Assembly (NCBI RefSeq): GCF_018350175.1
Contig: NC_058368.1
Location: forward strand, 136,650,001-136,714,000
Direction: 5' to 3'
Length of the DNA: 64,000 bases
Source of the DNA: Felis catus
Lineage: Eukaryota
Made by a program: the position numbers and the translations under genes. Under the pieces are notes generated by a model that was not told where the DNA came from, made no database searches, and saw nothing but the letters and a program-made list of their open reading frames with translations. Below are positions 60,801 to 64,000 of this stretch, piece by piece (position 1 is the stretch's first letter; every line of letters begins with the position of its first letter).

Positions 60801-62454
60801 TCATGTTCCCAGTGCCTCAACGATGCCCTCTCTAAGCTCTCAACATGGTACTGTCATCTACGATTGTCCTCATCTGCAGGTTTAACTTAAAATCTGTTCT
60901 CCCCGCCATGCCCACCACCTCCTAGACCTAGATGGTAGGAAAAGGGAGATACTCTCAGTTGCTTTTCATTGGGAGATGTAATTGTTTTATTCCTACTGTG
61001 TGTCAGATTGTGCTCCAAATCAAACCTGGCCTAATGTTTTGTTCTCTCTACTTGAGTGTTGGCCAACCACTCCTTTCCCTTCCAATTAGAGTATGTTCTT
61101 GAATTGTTTTGCAACTGTTCTCCCCCGATTATAAACTACAAACTTGTAAATTTTGTGAATTACATCCAAGTCAGCCTTCACAAAAACTCTCGTCCGGAGG
61201 TTGCGAAGATGAATGAATAATATATGAAACTTTTTGTTTGACAAGGATAATATAAAATTTATTTTGTTAAAATTTATGAAATCGGTTTTGGATGTTTTAC
61301 ATTTGGTCATTACAAATTGTAGAGAGATTCAGATTTTTGCATCTTCTTTCATCCAATGGACTGAGTGCCTTCACTGTTACCAAAGCTGTAGTTAGGGCAC
61401 GCCAGATCAGCAGGTTTATTGGAGTGATTGACGCTGTTATTTACAGCAGAACTTTCAAGGGCTGAGTAATAATTCACAGTGCCAAAAGTCGGTTCGATTC
61501 ATTTATTGGGATGGGTTTTTACAAAGCAGCTGTTCCATTTATCTTCCTGGGGATGTCAGACCATTTGGTAATAGATCCTGTAGCTCGCCTGTTGACCTCC
61601 ATGGATATGAGTGAAATCAATGACCTGTCTTGGCCCTGTTACTGTACTTAGTTGATCATCTTGACAGCTTGTTCCTGTAGAACCTTTGAGTAGATTGTGT
61701 TTCCTAGATCAGTTTATTAGAGGCATGCAGGCAACGGATGTGTTCTAGAACTGTTACTTTATGTTAGCCACACAGTAAACCATATTTTCCAGTTGAATTA
61801 CATGGAAACCTTCTGAACTTGAACCGTCTTCATCCAGGATGAAATAGCGGCAGCTTCTCTAATTTATTTACCTAAATCAAGTCTCTGTTGATTTTAAATG
61901 ACCTACAGCTGGAACATATCAGCGTGTAGGAGAAACTCTGCTTTGAATAGGTGTCTTGCTAAAAATGCCTTGTATGAAAATAAATAGTAAGACTGCCTCT
62001 CTCCATTCATCTAATTGTTAAATTTGGGTTTTCAGTGCTTCTACTTCCTTAATACCTGTGTTCACAAATGGCTTTGAAATGATTCAGGACTAAACTTTCC
62101 TTTCTCTTAATAATGTGTAATAGGTGCTTTTTTTTTTGTCCAGTTAAGTGAAGTAAACTTTAAAAAATTTAAATGTGAACCAAGATTCTTAGTCATAAGA
62201 TCCGTGTGTATGAAATATCATAAATAACCCCAGCTGACCATTTGTCTTTTGTTCCTAACACTTTAATATAATCAGCATGGGCGAAGCATTAACTCTGCAT
62301 CCCATCTTGGAAATATGAAGAATTAATCAATTTTACCTTGTTTTGTTACCAGCAGGTGGCATGAGTTATTGCTATGCTAGTGACAGTGTAGAAACTAATG
62401 CATCTTGTCACTTTAAATTTCATATATTTAAAATTGATTCCCAATGTATTTTAC

Positions 62455-62563
62455 CCCAGGCAAAAGTTTAACATCTTTATTATATAAAAATCTCTTACAA
62501 ATAAATAAGTGAAACCTTGACATTTCAGTAGAGAAATGGGTACAGATATGAACATTCAGTTTC

Positions 62564-62613
<50 letters not shown>

Positions 62614-63300
62614 GGGAAGGGAGGGGGTCTGGGAGAGAATGAGAGAGGAAAATGGCCAATAAACCAACACATAAAAAATTTCAACCTGTAAATTAAGAAA
62701 TACAAATGAACAGAACGAGATTAAAATGTTTACATGTAAGTTTCAAGCCTTTAAAAAATGATACTACTCATTATTGGCAAAGAGAACAAGATAGGTACCT
62801 ATATATTCTCCTATTTGGATATAAACAACCTTTCTGGAATGGACTTTTCCAATATATATTAAGAGTCTTACCACTGCTCACACACTGACCCAGTAATTCC
62901 CTACTGCAAGTATATTCTGTAGAAATAAGTGGAGATAAAAAGCTGCTTACTGCCACGTTATTTATATCTGAAAAAGTGGAAAAACCCCATTTTCAATAAC
63001 AGTGGATGGTGTAATGAATAATAATTCATCAGTAGGATGTAATATTTGGCCGCAATATAAAGCTTATATTTAAAGAATCTTTACTGATGTGTAATGTTGA
63101 GTAAAAAGGCGGGACATATGAAGGTATTTTTCACTTTAATCACAGTTGTGCTCTGAAAGAATTTTTGTATCTTGATACATTAAATACACCCACATTTTAA
63201 TATGGGTTATCACTGAGTAGTAGGTCAAGAAGTTAATTTAGTTTTCTTCCTTATCTTTTTCTGTAATAATTTACATTTTCTACGGCAGGCAGATGTTATT
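62455..63300 (+). mobile_element. Old L1ME-like 3' region containing an (AC)22 microsatellite (62567-62610)
   Basis: gaaatgggtacagatatgaaca...aaatggccaataaac...gacccagtaattccctactg; AC run read directly. Confidence 0.65.
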
Positions 63301-64000
63301 TTACGGTCAGAGAAAAGTACGCACATTTTCAAAAATCGTGTAAGCCTCGCATTGGAGACATGAATCACGATTGCTTTTGTATTTCTCATGAAAACGAGAT
63401 TCAATAGTCAGTTATATGTTTGGGGAAAATAGAGCTCATTTGAGTCAGAGGTTGGAAAGCTCTTATGCATACTAACCTCAGAAACCTCAAACTAGAATGT
63501 AGTGGAATAATGACATGGCACGAAAAGCCACAGATGTCACTTTGAGTTAAGGAGGTTAGAGTAGATACATAGAACAGCCAGTTGAGACAGAAATTCACTA
63601 ATCTCTTATCTCCAGCTCTGGTAGCCTCTAGGGTCGTTCTGTGTGTGCCTCCACGTTTAATCTATATCAACGCGCACTGCACTGGGGCTGGGACTCCGAA
63701 ACCTGGATTCTGGTTCTGGCTGCTCTACTAATACATTTTGTACTTCCCCTTGGGCACGTCTCCAGAATTTCTGGATTCCGAGCTTTCTTCCAGTGCTTGG
63801 AGGTTTATTCTTTTTTGCAGTTTGGCATTCTGATGCCGTTTTGAGCCTCACAAGGTGAGGGGTGAGGCTCTTGGTGGTGCCTGAGCGATGCTGAGGACGA
63901 TTGAGGCTTCTTCTGGGTCACACCCTTGGATCAGATGTGGTTGACATCATCCCGGTCCTGTCATTTTTGAATAATAAGTTACCATGACATGAGTCGGGGA

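Larger units (their letters stand above)
40821..64000 (+). other. MAP1B: MAP1B intron 2, 5' portion (continues beyond the window)
   Basis: Begins gtgagg; no sequence encoding the expected next exon (recalled as starting GQKILHHRSD) was found in the rest of the window. Confidence 0.85.

Noticed and set aside
1..64000. CRISPR array, operon or other prokaryote-type system
   Set aside because: Mammalian intron-containing locus; no regular repeat-spacer structure or dense coding

Overview
Mammalian genomic DNA from a cat-family (felid) carnivore, judged from about 24 tRNA-derived CanSINE/SINEC_Fc copies and a felid-type L1 3' end. The window holds the 5' end of MAP1B (microtubule-associated protein 1B) on the + strand: about 31 kb of repeat-rich upstream DNA, a CpG-island/TATA promoter, coding exon 1 (32283-32466), an 8.25 kb intron 1, coding exon 2 (40719-40820) and the first ~23 kb of intron 2. 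Exon 3 was not found. Almost all other ORFs in the track are SINE, low-complexity or GC-rich artefacts. I did not find a convincing new gene system. The most unusual signal is a set of non-canonical insertions upstream of the gene: a 202-bp direct templated copy inside an MLT1 LTR with transversion-rich differences, a 63-bp inverted templated copy inside a (TA)n tract with a quasi-palindrome correction, an MLT1 LTR fragment with L1-type target-site duplication, an internal L1 ORF2 fragment splitting a MIR, and short SINE and L1 3' transductions. Also notable are a 21-bp inverted repeat around the likely TSS that overlaps the 5'UTR G-quadruplex, inverted young SINEs flanking the in-frame exon 2, and candidate RFX and RBFOX motif clusters in intron 2. 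Repeat family names come from remembered consensus sequences and old-repeat boundaries are approximate.
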